The position numbers and the translations under genes are program-made. From NCBI GenBank assembly GCA_964621445.1, contig CAZUNO010000007.1, forward strand, positions 32,001 through 96,000: DNA of 64,000 nt. The letters are read 5' to 3'. The stretch is from Candidatus Hadarchaeota archaeon (GTDB lineage: Archaea > CAYQAE01 > CAYVLA01). Shown piece by piece: positions 62,301-64,000 of the stretch (position 1 is the stretch's first letter; every line of letters begins with the position of its first letter). Under the pieces are notes generated by a model. It was not told where the DNA came from and searched no databases. It saw only the letters and a program-made list of their open reading frames with translations.

Positions 62301-62563
62301 AAATCTACCGCGGCAATCGTTAGCCCAGTGACCCTCTCGGCAAATCGTAGTATTCCCGGCCTGAGTGATGTGGTCTCCACGTAAGCCCCCGAGCGGTCCG
62401 GGTTGAGGAGAAAGATGGTGGAACTAAGGTCGTCGACCTTGGAGAATTCCTCGGTCACTTTCTCCAAAATTCGCTTTCTTGAGTCGAGTCCGTGGATTTT
62501 GGTAGCGATTCTTTCCACTGTTTCAATGGATTTCATTAGGTTTGAGAAGGCATTTTCGCCCAA
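59372..62563 (-). CDS. Cytoplasmic GAF plus multi-PAS sensor histidine kinase
   Basis: About five PAS/PAC repeats ending DIT/DIS; H-box AHDLRSPL; NLITNA, DTGKG, LFEPLFTTK, G.GL. Confidence 0.93.
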   Translation of the reverse strand: MGENAFSNLMKSIETVERIATKIHGLDSRKRILEKVTEEFSKVDDLSSTIFLLNPDRSGAYVETTSLRPGILRFAERVTGLTIAAVDFDLHSTPLQEVISSGKTMTTSTEAFMRALDIPGPVVRVVSRAVPSKTSILTPLKSGKETIGVLSVSSTEMADYFIPPVRNLARHISMALELAETQQRYLDLVDNLQAGVYRSTPDRNGHFTEVNSAMVDIFEADSKEDLLSVSIRDLYAEPDRRDRLREKLQNGGIARNQELRLRTLKGREFWGSVTVVRVSQEGKGYYDGVLQDITEQKKAQDRIKESERKLRTIMENSPDAIFITDKEGNYQYVNQAACDLLGYSVDELTKMNIADISVRGEIEKNVENFQALLNGEDLFTEVKLVRKDGSTVPTTLNATVLPNGLVYGSCRDISERKEMLKKVSRLAAIVESSEDAIIGKTLDGTITDWNRGAEKVFGYSQEETIGKNISIIVPKERENELQEIFGEIRSGNKVGNLETKRIRKNGEEIDINLTVSPIEQAGEIVGASAIARDITKRKEFEKHLQRAHDIINRSPAVAFIWRNQEGWPVEYVSSNVKDLLGYTAGEITSGRVPYSEVVHQDDRSLVKSEVTEHSEKGESNFVHSPYRIVTKSGQVKWVEDKTVIRRDDQGSIIRYGGIVEDITKRKRMEEKLRESEKRYRDLFENANDLIQAVNSESQFIYVNSKWERALGYSEEEAKKMNFTDILREDQIPHCMEVFARLRNGETIDNVETVFVSKSGKEIIVEGNINVQLEGREMVSTRGIFRDITQRKHAEEKLREYSERLEELVKERTRDLEEAHEELVKKERMAAIGQTAGMVAHDLRSPLQVMTNSIFLARKALKDEDSQSLGNEAMVHLEKIKEQVEHMDSLISGIREFNKDIEIEPVKTDLCKLVNEVISETEFPDNIQPEFLSQDPLSHVNLDPESMRRVLNNLITNAIQAMPQGGNLTITLSRDGDEATISVKDTGKGIPEKEMEKLFEPLFTTKKDGQGFGLAVCKQHVEAHGGSIEVTSEVGEGTTFKVRLPLQKGELAQMPGKEGLKAAE

Positions 62564-62713
62564 GTTGGATCTCCCGGGTTCAGAGTCTCTATCTCTTGTT
62601 CCTGGATAGATCTCTCTTTGCTCGATATTAATAGAATACGTAAAGCCACAGATAATCGGTCATTTTCGCAATTATAATCCTTTATTACTGTGATTATTTT
62701 TCTCATCGAAGAG

Positions 62714-63748
62714 TTAGAGCCATTTATCCAAGAAATTGAAGGCCTCCTTCCCGTGGAAGGAGTGCTCGCCTTCGAAAACCTCCAATCCGATCCTGTCTGG
62801 ACAACCAAATACATCGTATATCTTACGGGCTTTTGCCACGGCTTCTTCAGTGGCTTGGTGAGGGAAGATGGTATCCTCATCACCGCTCTCCACAAATATC
62901 GGTCTGGGAGCGATGGGACCAGCCAGATCGTACATCTCGGCATACTCCAGTATTCCTGGGATGTAGTTGTCCATACAATGGGAAACGCTCATTATACTGT
63001 CCCTGAATGTATTGAAGTAGCCGCTAATGACGGAAACCGCAACCCTCTCATCAACTGCTGATAGATAGAAGGCGGTAGTGCCTCCCCCGGATATGCCCAT
63101 GTCGGCTATTCTGCCGGAATCTACTTCCTCCCGGCTCTCCAGGTAGTCCAGGGCCCTTATCGCGTCATAGACCCTCCATCCGATCATTGTTTCGCCCAGC
63201 AGCAACGCGGCTCCCGAGGCGGGTTGACAGGATGAACTTCCAGGTCCTGATTGCCGGGCTCTTTCGTCCCTTCTGTGACCAAATCCGAATTGTTCGATGG
63301 CAAAGGTAGCATACCCCGCGTTGACGCATTGAAGTGCAAAGTCATTCTGATAGCCACCATAATCATCCCTCATCGAGCCATCCTCCTCGATGCCCACGAT
63401 GTCATCAACCCCCCTGCCGTGACCGGGAAGACACAGTACTCCTGGGAGCGGATCCTTTGAGCTGGGTTTTGGGAAAAGAAAATAACCGTAGACCGTCATC
63501 TCCTCTCTGCTGTCGAAGAGAACTGTCTCCCTGGTGTATTCATCGAATTCGACCTTATGGATAGTGGAGGATTTCAGGGAGCATTTTGTTTCCGGGAAAC
63601 CACCCATGAGCTGTACCAATATTTTCCTGAGATTTCTTTGCCATATCTCGGCCTCCTCCTTAGTTTCTGCCTCGAATTGCATGGAGGGGCTGTTCCTGTC
63701 GTATGCTCTCATGGTATAATTCAATGTGTCCAGGTACGGTTCGTCCAT
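62714..63748 (-). CDS. Alpha/beta hydrolase (dienelactone hydrolase/acetylxylan esterase-like)
   Basis: LPGHG, RALDYLESR.EVD, GISGGG, HCMDNYIPG, GEHSF. Confidence 0.88.
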   Translation of the reverse strand: MDEPYLDTLNYTMRAYDRNSPSMQFEAETKEEAEIWQRNLRKILVQLMGGFPETKCSLKSSTIHKVEFDEYTRETVLFDSREEMTVYGYFLFPKPSSKDPLPGVLCLPGHGRGVDDIVGIEEDGSMRDDYGGYQNDFALQCVNAGYATFAIEQFGFGHRRDERARQSGPGSSSCQPASGAALLLGETMIGWRVYDAIRALDYLESREEVDSGRIADMGISGGGTTAFYLSAVDERVAVSVISGYFNTFRDSIMSVSHCMDNYIPGILEYAEMYDLAGPIAPRPIFVESGDEDTIFPHQATEEAVAKARKIYDVFGCPDRIGLEVFEGEHSFHGKEAFNFLDKWL

Positions 63749-63766
63749 AGCCGAGCCTCTTCTGGA

Positions 63767-63997
63767 TCATGTTGATAATTGTATCAGGTAAATAATAATG
63801 GAAAGAATGGAGATGATGAGCAGAATCGGTGAGGTGACGAAGGTAAATCCATTTCCCTCATATACATACAAAATAATGCTAGGTAATCTAAGGTCCTTCG
63901 AGAGCATAGATCCCAGGAGGGGAAGTACCATCAGGGAAATCCCTATCAACGTCAAAACCAGGCCAAGAAAGAATACCTGCCACATCTCATCTAGCAC
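63767..63997 (-). CDS. Small two-helix membrane protein
   Basis: 76 aa with two hydrophobic segments; the start lies at the window edge and may be incomplete. Confidence 0.55.
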   Translation of the reverse strand: MLDEMWQVFFLGLVLTLIGISLMVLPLLGSMLSKDLRLPSIILYVYEGNGFTFVTSPILLIISILSIIIYLIQLST

Positions 63998-64000
63998 TTC

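Noticed and set aside
1-64000. CRISPR array, tRNA/rRNA, transposase, integrase or reverse transcriptase
   Set aside because: None recognised by eye; a covariance-model search would be needed to exclude small RNAs.

Overview
Gene-dense prokaryotic window, most likely from an anaerobic heterotrophic archaeon. This is inferred from the split archaeal-type glutamate synthase, the AbrB-PhoU regulator, class II photolyase, NosD-repeat surface proteins and cohesin/dockerin modules; the lineage cannot be fixed from the sequence alone. Contents: (1) a 13 kb nitrogen-assimilation island (8920-21933: glnK-amtB; Fe-S protein, flavoprotein, three glutamate synthase domains, dapL, dapF; an AbrB-PhoU regulator; glnA-orf-hisC) whose three upstream regions all carry tandem copies of the palindrome AATACGTATT, which is not the NrpR operator; (2) a carbohydrate/ester catabolic neighbourhood with three atypical URO-D-family proteins, esterases, an aldolase, a malectin protein and a sulfatase; (3) a cell-surface block: a C25 protease with dockerin and cohesin, a membrane-anchored cohesin on a coiled-coil stalk, and a ~4800 aa beta-helix protein; (4) three dispersed paralogues of an uncharacterised membrane-anchored family; (5) a multiply disrupted pseudogene, a multi-PAS histidine kinase, mntP and other single genes. 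I saw no rRNA, tRNA, CRISPR array or transposase. All product calls come from motif recognition by eye, not database searches.
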